From positions 1 through 34,355 of the forward strand of contig RBNJ01000276.1 of assembly GCA_003990765.1 (NCBI GenBank): a DNA stretch of 34,355 bases. The letters run 5' to 3'. The notes under the pieces are model-generated. The model ran no database searches and was not told the origin of the DNA. It worked only from the letters and a program-made list of their open reading frames with translations. The translations under genes and the position numbers were made by a program. Positions 1 through 11,877 of the stretch are shown in pieces (within the stretch, counting starts at the first letter, position 1; each line of letters begins with the position of its first letter). The stretch is from Jimgerdemannia flammicorona. Lineage: Eukaryota.

Positions 1-5
1 AAAAA

Positions 6-538
6 GAGAGTGGTATCTTGTAGCTCTTGAGTACTGGCCTGTGGGAACTCCTGGCAGAGGAGGTTTTCTATTTTGTACTCCTGCCACATTTGGAGGCATT
101 CAGTAGCAATGGTGATCCTTGTTTCCATTTTGTAGTTGTAGAGAATAAAGTGATAAGGGTCTGCAGTACCCAGGTTGACACTAGGAGTCCTTCTTGAGTG
201 AGTCCTCATGGCTCTTCTGATGTCTTGGAACATCCTTTCTTCAACTGAGGTATCTTGGTAGTTCCTTGACCTTGAGGTTTGGCAGGCAGCAGATATTTCA
301 TTTGTGGTAAGTCTTTGAGCTATTTTGGGATTGGTGGTTCTTGTTGGTTGCTGCTACTATAGTTTCTTAATCCTTTTTTTATATTCTTCAGGATGCTTGT
401 ACTGTGGTCACAATGACTCACAGTTGGTCATCATTGCTCATCTCATATACCATATGATCTTCTTGTACTCCAATCTGGTGGCTTGCAAGGAAAGGCTGTC
501 TCCTGTGCTGATGTCATTATTCTGGGGTCACCGTTACA
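6..538 (-). mobile_element. 5' portion (about 530 bp) of a Gypsy family A LTR, minus strand, inserted into the Copia element
   Basis: Reverse complement starts TGTAACGGTGACCCCAGAAT at 538 and matches 11878-12410; outer flank reads ATAT. Encodes the N-terminus of the LTR ORF (MFQDIRRAMRTHSRRTPSVNLGTADPYHFILY...). The match ends at about position 6, next to the window edge. Confidence 0.92.
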
Positions 539-3500
539 ATATATATGTACCAGATAGTCAAATGCTATTTTTATTACTCCTACTGTTGCCATTACCCAAT
601 ATAAGTATATGGTACTCCATATACTTAAGATACCTAAATATTCTATTAATAGTACTCTAATGTAAATTATTTAAGTTAGAGGAATACTTATCACTTTATT
701 TACAATATAAGATATATCTAGCCTTATTTCTAGCATGAAAAATATAAGAGAATCAATTGCTTGTCAATAGGATATGTCTTTGATACTATTTTTGACTAAT
801 GCATTATCATCATCCTCAGAAGTTATATCTAGCTTCCTTAACTTTATGGAAGTATTCATAGGAGTATCAATGGGCTTGTATTCATTTATATTGAAATATT
901 TGAAAATTGTTTAAGTATATGTTGCTTGTGAGAGATATATAGTATATACATTTCTGTCATATATAATAGATATCTCCAAAAGGAAGAATGTATCACCTAT
1001 ATCTGTCATCTTGAATTCTCTGTATAGAGTTTCTTTAACTCTATTAAGCCTATTATTGCTTGTAATAATGATTATATCATTAACCCAGATATCAATAAAG
1101 ACTATGCTACCATTATTATAGTAATGGATATATATATAATTATCTTCTTTGCAACAGATGAATCTATCATCAAAAAGATATATATCAATCCTTTTATTTC
1201 ATAATTATACTACTTACTTAATGCTATATAATTCTTTACATAATTTGTATATGAGCTCACCTTTTTTATATCCTTGCAATTAATAGAAATATAGTTTGAT
1301 ATCTATATCACTATTCAGAAATACTATCTTGATATCCATTTGATGAATTTTCAGATTATATAGCATACTGATTGTAAGGAGTATTTTAAGCAAAGTAAGC
1401 TTCAATACTGATAAAAATATCTCATTATAGTCTATGCCATAATCCTGCAAATAACCCTTAGCAATAAAATGAGTATTATATTACTCTATTCTTCTGTTAC
1501 TCTTATACTAAATTCTATAAACCCACTTTGATTCAATCATTTGACAATTTGGCAGAAGAGGTATGAGATCTCATATACTATAATAAGTAAATCATATTCG
1601 TCATCTATTATACATTCACATTTTTTGCTATCTAGAGATTGCATAGCTATATTATATATATTTGACTCACTAAATATTGCCATATATATATATTCATATG
1701 CTTCAGTATAACTTACATAGTCTTTATATTACTACTGTCTAAGATTTACTAGTATATCTAAATAACTTTCTAATTTAGAATGGGTTTTTCAATGAATATT
1801 GGAATATTTTTGCTTATTCTTTATAGAAGATTCTATAGTATTGGATCTGCTATCATCTTTATCCTTGATCTTCATTATTCTTAGCTCAGGTAACTCTGGC
1901 TCAGACTCAGGTATATATAGTATTTGAAAATAATTTTGATTGACTACTGAAAAGGTTAATATTGATTATTTCTTTAGTTACTGCATTTACATTAGCTGAG
2001 AATATAGATGTAGATGTATTGACTAGTATATCTATATAGATTTCTGATCTATTTTTTTTTTTTTTCAGAACTATATATTATATGAAATAATGATATGACA
2101 TTTGTGTAGATCTCTGAGTCTATATGTCTTACCAGTACTAGAATACCCAAGAAATATATGCTTGCAAGCTTTTAGTTTAAATTTGTACCAATTGATATTA
2201 CTTTAATTAAGAAAATATATCTTACAATCAAATTTATATAGATGTAATATATCAGACTTAGTTCTGCTCTATAATTCTTCAGGGCTAAGATCATCATTCT
2301 TATACTTATTATTATTGCTGGCTTCTTTGCTTAGCACTTGAGATATGCATTATTTATATATATATGTTACTATATTGATAGCTTTAACCCAATAGAAGTA
2401 TTCCAATCCTACTGTATTAATCATTGTATGAGCTATTTCTATGACTATATAGTTAAATTGCTTGGCCATACCATTCTGCCAAGATGTATAAAGAGCAATC
2501 ATTTGATGTTATATACTCTATTTTTTCAGAAATTACCTAAATATATCATTAATATATTAGTGTCCATTATCTGATCATATAGTATATATTTTATATCTTA
2601 TTTTATTCTTGGTAATTACTTTGAATCCTTTAAATTTCTCCAGTACTTTGTTCTTTACTGATAGGAAGTATATACATATATGCCTTATATATATAATCAT
2701 TGATGAATATGATGAAATACTTCTTTTTTAAGTATGATAGTATATGCATTGACCCACAAATATCCATATGTATAAGATCAAAGATCCTGGATATGCACTT
2801 TAACTATTCTTCAAATGGTTACTGAGATGTTTTATTTTTTATACATACTTTGCAAAAGTCATCCTTCAATTATATATATAATAGTAGTTCATTTACAAAG
2901 CTGCTTCAGAACATCCTTCTAAGGCTTAATTTGCCAATATATCCTAAGTATTGATGCTATATATTAGATATATCAGATATAGTTATTATATATATATATA
3001 GAGACTTTAATACTATTTGGCATCCTATTGATCATATAGAGATCATCATATTTCAAAGCTATTATTACCTTATTATTATGTAAATCATATATAGTTATAC
3101 TCTTTATATATATATATATTTCTTTATTACAATAGGATATTATTTTTGCTATCAAAAAGAGGGTTTTACTGATTTCTGGAATATGTATATAATATATCTA
3201 GAAAGATACTGGTAAGTTCAACAAAATTACCATAGAGATATATCCCTATATTTTCCTTTTCTTAAGTATAGATGATATTGTTGTCTCCTAATTTAATAGG
3301 TACAGAGTGTTCAAAAGGCTCATATGTAGAGAACAATTTTCTATATAGTATTATATATTATATAACTCCAGAATTCATTAGCTAGACATCATTGTATCAG
3401 CTATATTTGCAGGAGTATAATTATTACTAATAGTACTTACATCATTACCACTTTTTATTGAGTAAAAAGTATTTACTATTGATCAGAATTTGTAGATGAT

Positions 3501-3688
3501 GGGTTAGTAGATTTGGTAAATTTAGTAGTAGAACTATGTATATATGTAGATCTCATACTGGCAGACCTAGCAGTAGATCTATGATTATCTATATATATTA
3601 CTTATATGAAGAACATACTGCTTTCATCAGTTATAGTAGTATTGATATTGTCATATTTCTCTTTTCCATAATAATACTTTCTACTATC
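539..3688 (-). mobile_element. Heavily degenerate Ty1/Copia retrotransposon internal region (gag end-PR-INT-RT), pseudogenised
   Basis: Minus-strand motif remnants in Copia order: DLIHMDICGSM (about 2750-2780), PWQNGMAKQFNYIVIE (integrase QNGxAER, about 2440-2485), FIAKGYLQDYGIDYNEIF (about 1410-1470), IHQMDIKIVFLNS (HQMDVKTAFLNG, about 1310-1350), and SY*QAIDSL...RLDISY...RIFRYLK (about 625-775). Boundaries approximate. Confidence 0.88.
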
Positions 3689-5061
3689 TTTTTTTATAGT
3701 CACTTGGACTCCTTTATTCCACTAGTCTATATGAATTTAACTACAAATTTATCCTACCAACCACCTATTCCATACTATAAAGATAAAATAAACCTAACAG
3801 GTCCTATCAACCCACCCCAATTTTTCACTGCACCCCACCCTCACCTAGTACCAGATGACCCTGACTCCCCAATACAATGTCTTATATCTTCTTCACCACC
3901 CCCAACTCCTGCCTCCTCCCCTGGTGCCACCAATCCTATACTACTTCTCTTACAAGTCAGTGCTATTGCTCCACCAGGTCCCCAATATCCATCCAACATT
4001 TACCTTTAAAGACCTATTGCCAGTATATTGCCATTAAGACCCACACACCCAAGATCTGCCCAACACCTCCCCAAATGTCTCCAACATCCCCCACCAGTCT
4101 CCTCCAGGTGACTACACTGATAGAATCTCCCAGCCTCCTTCTATCAGTACCCCAATATTCCTCCAGCATCTGCCAATAACCCTTCACCCCTGGGCAGGCC
4201 TCAATGACATGCTCTGGGGTCTGAATTACTTCTCCAGAGATCTCGGCACACCATTTACAATCTCTGCACCCATTGACCACCATCCATCCTGTCTGATAAT
4301 TCGACATCATATTCCTTCTCAGGAACCACCACCAAACTACTCAATATTTAGGAGGTACCACCTTATTCAAAGTAGCCACCCATCTCTAAATTCGACCCCA
4401 TTCCCACATCTCACCAATGCCAGCTGTCTGCCATCCTACTGGCCACTGCTCAAGAGGGCCTGATCTGGCCTCTTCTATAGCCTCTACTAGAGAATAGTCC
4501 TTCAGCTCCTTCTCTTCTACTCTGTGTAGTCCAAGTTGCCACTACTACTGCTTGGGGTCAGTCCCCTCTCCTATTGCCTCCACCTCTGGCCCTGTTAGTC
4601 CCATCATAAGCCAGGTCTCAACAATGCCCCACCAGAACCCTTTGAACCTCATCCTCCCCACTGATCCAACTTGAAGTAGCCCTTGCAAATCCTTCCTCTC
4701 TGCACTCCAAGGGCAGAATCTGATCTCCCAATTGTCCATTACCAATCTGCCCCAACTTTCTTCCCCTAACTCTACTAATCGGTGACCCTACCAGCCTCTT
4801 AGTGCCTTCAACCTTCATCAAAAGTCCACCAACCCAACCTCTATCAGTAATCAGCAGCACTAATGCTTCTCATCCAATCTGTGGCCATCTACCCCTCCAG
4901 AGCTATCCTTCAATAGCCTTTTTGAGCTGCTGCACCACCCACCTAGGGAAATCTAAGTGGTAATCCAGATACCACAACTTCAGCAGCCAGTACCCATTCA
5001 GGACCACCACTCTCTCCACCAGGGAGAAGTTTCGGCCAGCTCAGCCTATCAGCACACCTTC
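3689..5061 (-). mobile_element. 5'-truncated L1/Tx1-like non-LTR retrotransposon (3' part of ORF2), degenerate
   Basis: Minus strand: RNFSLVERVVVLNGYWLLKLWYLDYHLDFP (homologous to 34080-34170), a C-terminal CCHC finger CKWC...PEHVIEAC (ORF 4014-4310), AATAAA at 3713-3718 and an A7 tail at 3689-3695. Confidence 0.85.
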
Positions 5062-5690
5062 AGTTCCCACAGGCCAGCACTCAAGAGCTACAAGATGCCA
5101 CTCCCATGGATATATGCGAAATGAGAACAGCTAAGAAGATCCATCAGATCTTCAGGCATGCACTATGGTCGATCCCCAACTTGGAGTATGTTAGAGTCTC
5201 AGATTTCAGAGATCTGTCATCCTACCATATCAATTCACTAGAAGCCAGAGTAGCTACAGAAGCCCAGTCCACTATCACTCTCAATAGTGATGAAGTAGAA
5301 GACTTCTGGCATCCTATTCTCCAGAATAACCCAGACCAATTCCTGCAAGGATTGATCTCAGTATTCCAAGGCTCAAGCATCCAGGTTAGATCTCCACAAG
5401 ATCCCACATTTGTCCCCTATTTTGTGGAAGAGAACCTTATAGACTGGAGAGCTCCAGATCTCCTTGTTTCCAATTTCCCTGCTGCCGAATGTAATGATAT
5501 CATCAGCAATGACATTATCCCACATGATATCGACATATGTGAAATGCATGATGAAGCATGCAAAGTACATGAAATACGTGACCTACATGACAAATTCTCA
5601 GACCTCATCTCCTTCGAAGATATCCTGATCTCTGATGACGAGGATGAAGCCCCTATGGTCCTGAAAATTCTGCTCTAAGTTCCTTGTTAT

Positions 5691-5820
5691 ACTGAATAAT
5701 TCCAGCACCAGCATTCTGAAGTGATGTGGAATTGTTCCAGCACTGGTATTTGATGTAATACTGAATAATGCCAGCACTGGTATTCTGATGTGATACCAAA
5801 TTATACCAGCATCCTGAACC
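5691..5820 (+). repeat. About 3.5 tandem copies of a 34-35 bp unit (core CCAGCACYRG) in U3; also at about 12995-13125
   Basis: Units ctgaataattccagcaccagcattctgaagtgatg / tggaattgttccagcactggtatttgatgtaata / ctgaataatgccagcactggtattctgatgtgata. Confidence 0.75.
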
Positions 5821-5937
5821 TGTACAACCATCAGTGCCAACCCTGGAACTTGGCAGTTTTCCTATACTGGCATTTTATTTTAGTTATTGGAATTTATATT
5901 TAGCTTTATATCTTAGCAATCATTGAATTATATTTTG

Positions 5938-5970
5938 TATAAATATCACTCTTATTTCCTCTGAAATAAA
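5938..5970 (+). promoter_or_regulatory. Putative LTR TATA box (TATAAATA) and polyadenylation signal (AATAAA)
   Basis: TATAAATA at 5938-5945 and AATAAA at 5965-5970; the same pair is retained in the other family A LTRs (13242-13274, about 15291-15323, about 22498-22530). Confidence 0.6.
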
Positions 5971-6179
5971 TTCAGTTCTATCTGGTTTACTTATACAATC
6001 CCTTACAAGTAATCTAAGAGATAACAAGATAGTTAAAGATACGAAGTTTGAGGACTATAAGACCTTGAGAAAGTACTCCAATAAGAACTTACTTATAACA
6101 AACTTGAGTTAGTCTAAGAGATATACCTTGAAGAGAATTTGGCATATTTGAAGGACTCAGCGACCACTATGTGACAACT

Positions 6180-6197
6180 TGGTGTCCATTGACTGGT
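6180..6197 (+). promoter_or_regulatory. Putative primer binding site of family A (tRNA not assigned)
   Basis: TGGTGTCCATTGACTGG begins 3 nt after the LTR end; a similar sequence is at 15580. Confidence 0.6.
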
Positions 6198-6296
6198 GAT
6201 TCAAGATGAATCCCTCACTTTCAAGCTGAAAAACGAACAACCCCCACAACAACCACCCTGACTACAAGAGTCACCCCTGCAAAAATTCAAGACAAG

Positions 6297-9200
6297 ATGG
6301 AAATGCATCCCCCAACATTCTATGGATATACTACTAAAGAGTCAATCCTGACCTTCATTGAAGACTTTGAACAATTTGCTGCCATACAAGCCCTTGATGT
6401 GGATGCACAATTGACCCTTCTACCAGTCAGCCTCAGAGGACCTGTCAGAGACAAGTTCAATGCAGCCACCATTGCTGATGCTGGTGCAGCCAAACTTGCC
6501 AACATGAAGGCCTTCCTCAGAACAACATACTATACTGAAGAGATCAAGCAAGCTCTCAAGGATCAACTCAATACTATCTGCCAGGGACTTAGTGAAGATC
6601 CCAACTCATTCTATATCTGAATCTGCCACCAGATTGTCCTGGCTAGCTATGATGACCACCTCAAGGAACAAATAGCAGATTCAACCTTTCTCAAAAGAGT
6701 TCACCCTGAAATTGCCCTAGCAATCTGGTCTACCCTAGCTGCACTGACCCTTGATCAGAAAGTGGTCTTTGCACAGAGATATTGGACTGCCAGACATCTT
6801 GCTGAACACTTAATAGAGAAAATAACTGGCATCAAGATGGAGCCATCAAAGCCAACTAGTATCATACCTGCTACAGTTGTAAACAGACAACCAACCCCAC
6901 CTACCCCCAAGACAGCCAAAGCTGACCCAGTGGAAGAACTCACCAAGCAGTTTTCCAAGATGACTGCACATCTTGGTAATGTTGTTAGAGAAGTCTGAAG
7001 CACTAATAGGAGACCAGTGCAGAGATTTGCAGCTGCTACAGAAGAACACAATATCATATGCTTTAGATATAGAGAAGAAGGCCACTATGCAAAGAATTAC
7101 ATGACCAAAACAAGATGCAAAGCCCAACCAAGCAATGCTAGCAGAACTAGAGAACAAACCAATGCAGTAGTCATCAAGGAGATTGGTGATACTGATGATA
7201 AAGAATACTATGAGGAGCTTGAATTCTATCCTGCTACTGAAGGTACCAGAACCTGGTCCAAGCCCTATGACAAGAAGAGCAACAGCAAGCCAGTTGGAAA
7301 ACCAAAGAAGACCCCAGCTATTACTATCCAAAGCAAGACCCAATCTGAGGAAATTGATCAAGACATGGAGTTAGATGAAGCTGCCCACCAAATCATTGAA
7401 GACACTACTCCAGTCTCAGGAGAAAGCGAAAGCAAGAAGGAACAGAAGCTGTACAAGACCAAGATCCATCAGTATGATATCTACAAGAACCTCAAGAAAC
7501 AGAAGATCAATGCCACTTTGGGACAGCTAGCCAAAGTCCCTGCCTTTAGATAGTAGTTGAGAGTAAGACTTATAACTACTACTAAGAATTAAAAGTACAA
7601 GATTGTAGAAGCTCACAATGTACAGGAAGAATTCAAGAACTCAGGTGAAAAATCTAAAAGACTAGTGCAAGACATCAGCCTATACCCCATGTCAGATTGA
7701 AGACTATATCTTTGATGCTATCATTGATACTGGTGCTGGAGGATGCCTTATGAGCAAGAAGACAATTGACTGCCTAGGTTGGGACATTGAAGAGTCCACC
7801 AAGATGGTCTATGTTATAGCAGATGGTACATAAGCTACCCTCCTTAGCAAAATCCGAGAAGTCTCCATTAAGATAGGAGGAGCTATCATCCCAGTAGATG
7901 TGATTGATACAAGTACCACCAACTATAACATTCTCATTGGCAACCAGTGGCTCCACAAGGCCAAGGCCATCATTGACCTCAATGTACAGAAGATGCAGAT
8001 CAACTATAGAGAGAGAAAGGTATGAGTCTCTATCAATGTTCACAAAGGAGTCCTACCAGACATGGAGGAAGGAGATGAAGAGAGCATAGAGGTCTTCATA
8101 CACTCAGTGAACAAGAACAAGAACAAGACACCTAAGCTCATAGATGAGTAGTGGTACAACAAGATCATTGATGGCTATGCCTCTCAAAAAAGATGCCCCT
8201 ATGGTACTAGGATGTACTGCTCTGAACACCTGAATGACTGCTGGTCCTGTATTAGTGAAGTCAGGAAAATCTGCCAACAGAAACATGAGCAAGAAGCCAC
8301 TGAAGCAAAAAGGAAAGCCGAAGAAGATGACCAGCCCCCAGAGCTTCAGACTGACAGTGATGATGAGGAGGAACAAGAATCAGACATCACCCTCAAGGTC
8401 AAGAAGTTTCACCCTGAAGCCAAGATCCCAGAATATAAGACTGAAGGAGCCATAGGAATAGACCTTGCCAGCATTCAAGATGCTACCCTCGAACTACAGA
8501 CCACCACCCTACTTGGCACTAGAATTGGAGTCAAGTTACCAGAGAACCATGCTGGAATTATGAAGACCAGGAGCAGTCTGGCCAAAAGCAAAATCGCAGT
8601 TGAAGGAGGAGTAATTGACCCTGATTACACTGGTGAGATCTTCCTCATAGTCAGGAATCACAACCCCACCACCCCATTCGAAGTCAAGAAGCATGATAGG
8701 ATTGGCCAGATGCTGATCTGTGAAATCAAAAAACCCAAGATAATAGAAGCCATTGAATTCATCAAGACCAAGAGAGGAGAACAAGGCTTTGGATCTACTG
8801 GAAGAGGAGCCTATACTGCCACCAAGATTACCAAACTTGAGCACAAGAAAGATAAGGATCAGATCAAGCACACATATACTATTGGAGAAAACTTTCCTCT
8901 GGAGGAACAACTTTTCAAGATCCTGCACCAGAATGAAAGAGTACTTGCTACAGACTTCAGGGATATCCACAATCAAGAACCCAAGTACTATCATGAAGTT
9001 GACACTGGTGATACCAAGCCTATCTACCAGAAAGCCAGATCCATACCACCTGCTTACAAAGAATGGCTGCAAGCAGAACTCAAGGAAATGGAAGAAGCCA
9101 GAATCATCAAGCAAGCTATCAGCCTCTGGACCTCACTCATTGTCCTTGCCCTGAAGAAAGGAAGCAAACCTGGAGAGTTTGTGCCAAGACTCTACATTGA

Positions 9201-10323
9201 CTACAGGAAGCTCAATACCATCACCAAGAAGAATAGGCAGCTCTTGCCAAATATTCAAGAAATCCTTACCACTCTTGGAAGCAAAGCCAAATACTACACT
9301 ACCTTGGATCTGTTCTCAGGCTTCCATCAGATTGGTCTCACTCAAGATGCCAGTGAGAAATCAGCCTTCATCACACCTGATGCCACCTACATCTACCTGT
9401 GAATGCCATTCAGAATGTGCAATGCCCCAGCAAGCTTCCAGCGAATGATGAATAGAGTCTTCAGCAATGAGATTGGAAAATGGTTCTTTGTCTATATTGA
9501 TGATATGATCATCTTCAGCAACACTATATGGGAATATGTCAATCACATACAGCTAGCCCTCAAGAAGCTCAAGGAGCATGGCCTCTATATCAAGCCCAAG
9601 AAATGCAAGTTTGTAACTCAAGAAATTGCCTATCTAGGACACCTCATCAACCAGACCAGAATCCATACAGACCCTATGAAGATTTAGGCTATTGTAGCCT
9701 ACCCAAGACCCAGAACAACTACAGAAGTCTATGCCTTCCTTGGACTGGCCAGTTACTACAGAAGGTTCATCAAAAGATACTCCAACATTGCAGCACCTAT
9801 CTATGAGCTACTGAAGAAGTAGACTAAATTCAAATGGATCAAGGAGCACTAAGAAAACTTCAATGAACTCAAGACCAGGTTGACCCAAGCACCTATCCTC
9901 AGAAGACCAGATTGGAACCTAGAATTCATCCTGCAGACAGATGCAAGTGCTATAGGACTTGGAGCAGTTCTAGCTCAGAAGAAAGATGGATATGAATATG
10001 TCATCTCCTATGCAAGCCAAGATACCCATGGAGCAGAATAGAACTATAAGTCATACAAGCTTGAATACTTAGCAGTAGTTTAGGCAGTAGACAAGTTTCA
10101 CTACTACCTAGCCAGGAAACACTTCACCATTCAAACAGACCATTCTACTCTTGTCAGGCTATTCCACACTCTGAACCCCAAAGGAATATATACCAGATAG
10201 ATCTATAGGCTGCAAGAGTATGACTGTGCTGTCAAATACCACTTAGGAAAGACCAACACCAATACTGATGTACTCTCAAGGATACTCTGAAACACTCTCA
10301 TCAAGACTATTCAACATGAATAA
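6297..10323 (+). pseudogene. Gag-PR-dUTPase-RT-RNase H polyprotein of family A copy 1, disrupted by point stops and a frameshift
   Basis: Gag PPTFYGY...FIEDFEQF; decayed zinc knuckle CFRYREEGHYAKNY; protease AIIDTGA (about 7717-7737); RT LYIDYRKLN, LDLFSGFHQ, MPFRMCNAPASFQ, YIDD (9493); RNase H LQTDAS, TDH, NTDVLSR. The frame break near 7655 is absent from copy 2. Confidence 0.93.
8386..8802 (+). other. dUTPase domain inside pol (open frame here)
   Basis: All five trimeric dUTPase motifs: AIGIDL, GIMKTRSSLA, GVIDPDYTGEI, HDRIGQML, RGEQGFGSTG. Confidence 0.95.
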
Positions 10324-11564
10324 GGAGCTATACTATGGATTAATCAGCTACCTTGGGCAGTAGAAGATGCCCAACCACCTCAAACTCTGGACAATCACCA
10401 TCATCAACCAGACTTGGAAACAGTTTGAACTAGACAACACTACACTCAGAAAAGGAGGAAAGCTAATAATATCTGAACACAAGAAGTATCAAGTAATGAA
10501 GGAAGTACATGAGCAAGGATACTTAGGAGAAACCAATACATACGACAAAGTAAGAAGAACCATGTGGTGGCCCAAGATGGAAGATGACCTGTGCCAATTT
10601 GTCAAAGGGTGTGATAAGTGTCAAAAATAGAAATAAGATTAGCAAGACCAGGTACCTGGGTCATCAAGAATTGAGCCTATCCCCTTCTACCACATTACAA
10701 TGAATATCATTGGATCACTACCAGTAATACTATCAGGAAACTACTATATTATAGTTATTGTAGACCTCTTCACCAAATGGATAGAGGCAGGAGCATTACA
10801 AGAGGCCAATGCCTTCTCTATAGCTGACTTCCTGTACTGAGAAATCATCTGTCACTACAAGATACTGAAGCAAATCACAACAGACCATGGCACAGAATTT
10901 GTCAATGGATTCTATGAGATAATGTATCAGAAATATAAGATCCAGCACATCAAGACTACTGCATACCACCCTCAAGGAAATGGACAGACAGAGAGAACCA
11001 ATAAGAACCTCAAGAACATCCTAGTGAAGATCTCAGAGACATATGAGAATTGGGATAACTATCTCCCAACCACCCTCTCTGTCCTATGAGATATATGGTC
11101 ACAGAGTACACACTTTACCCCCAAGAGAGCTGCTCTTCAGAGAAGAAGATTCTGATGGAACCTCAGCCACAAATCTAGACCTAACTTAGAGATAGATTGA
11201 TGCAGAAATCCAGAGACTATACCAAATCAGGAAGAAGGCTGAAGATTACATCACCAAGTCACAAGCACTGATAAGAAAGAATGTGGAAAAGAATTACAAG
11301 GCCCTAGAACCCATCTGAATCAGAGAAAAGGTTCTACTGTATCAAAATATAGTAGAAGCCTCATGGTTGCAAAAACTGGAGCCCAAATGAGAAGGACCCT
11401 TCTATGTGCAAGATATCAAGAAAACTACCTTCTGGCTTAGAAAAATCTCAGGAAATATACTGCCTACCATAGTACATAGGAACAGACTTAAGATGTACCA
11501 CAAACCTATACAAGAGAAGTAAAACATGATGACTGCCCATGAGGTTCTAGTCCACGAATCATAA
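10316..11564 (+). pseudogene. Integrase as a separate ORF, family A copy 1
   Basis: Starts MNKELYYGLISYL in the +1 frame relative to RNase H; HHCC region (EVHEQGYLG...WWPKM...CDKCQK); core VDLFTKWIEA, TDHGTEF, YHPQGNGQTERTN; GPF motif; ends VHRNRLKMY...HES*. Confidence 0.9.
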
Positions 11565-11568
11565 CAGT

Positions 11569-11839
11569 ATGTCCCATGACCAGCAGGCTATCTGTCTGGA
11601 CCATTCTCTAAGAGATATGATACTGGCAACTACTCATCTATAAGACTTTCGAAGTCAGAGGAGTTTGAACTGTCAACTGATTGGTCAAGATCAGAATCAG
11701 GCCCTTGCTCTATATGAAGGGAGAGACCCTTCACCATCACACCAAAATACAAAAAGAAGACACTAGTCCATAAATACCACTTTTTGACCCCTTGCCAGAG
11801 GTTTTGGGATCAGCAAATTTTTCAGTACTGGACCAATGA
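11569..11839 (+). pseudogene. Putative accessory ORF3 (about 90 aa) between integrase and PPT, family A; counterpart at about 20897-21166
   Basis: ATG 4 nt after the integrase stop in both copies (MSHDQQAICLDHSLRDMILATTHL...); internal stops are explicable as C-to-T changes. Confidence 0.5.
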
Positions 11840-11867
11840 ATAAGGATGCTCAAGAAGATCTTTATTC

Positions 11868-11877
11868 AGAAGGAAGA
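11868..11877 (+). promoter_or_regulatory. Polypurine tract of family A
   Basis: AGAAGGAAGA immediately precedes the 3' LTR; identical at 21197-21206. Confidence 0.75.

Larger units (their letters stand above)
5062..6176 (+). repeat. 5' LTR of family A copy 1 (5'-truncated), carrying the C-terminal part of the LTR ORF (5106-5678)
   Basis: Aligns with about 12367-13480 and ends ...CTATGTGACA. Confidence 0.93.

Noticed and set aside
325..660. Hydrophobic 111-aa ORF and similar antisense ORFs (e.g. 6846-7361, 8536-9114, 32669-33148)
   Set aside because: Antisense to A-rich retrotransposon sequence; 325-660 also crosses the LTR/Copia junction.
3536..4463. Pro/Ser-rich plus-strand ORFs (3536-4009, 3877-4179, 4209-4463) and the minus-strand ORFs at 33559-34311
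   Set aside because: Antisense shadows of the G-rich LINE coding strands.
6..5105. A 5-kb inversion that split the 5' LTR of copy 1 (6-538 supplies almost exactly the part missing at 5062, and both outer flanks read ATAT)
   Set aside because: The 538 end sits in Copia RT sequence while the 13480 end sits in a palindromic element, so the flanks are not two halves of one target. ATAT is the general target motif, and the roughly 45-bp overlap has three mismatches. Separate insertions are simpler.
6618..6620. Recurrent in-frame TGA/TAG/TAA as stop-codon recoding or an alternative genetic code
   Set aside because: Stops fall at expected Arg, Gln and Trp codons and largely vary between copies; C-to-T decay explains them, and the young LINE has none.
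7640..7690. Programmed gag-pol frameshift in family A
   Set aside because: Copy 2 reads through this point in one frame, so it is probably a private 1-bp insertion in copy 1.
11400..11564. Chromodomain at the integrase C-terminus
   Set aside because: Both integrases end shortly after the GPY/F and HxNRLK motifs, with no YLVKW-type motif.
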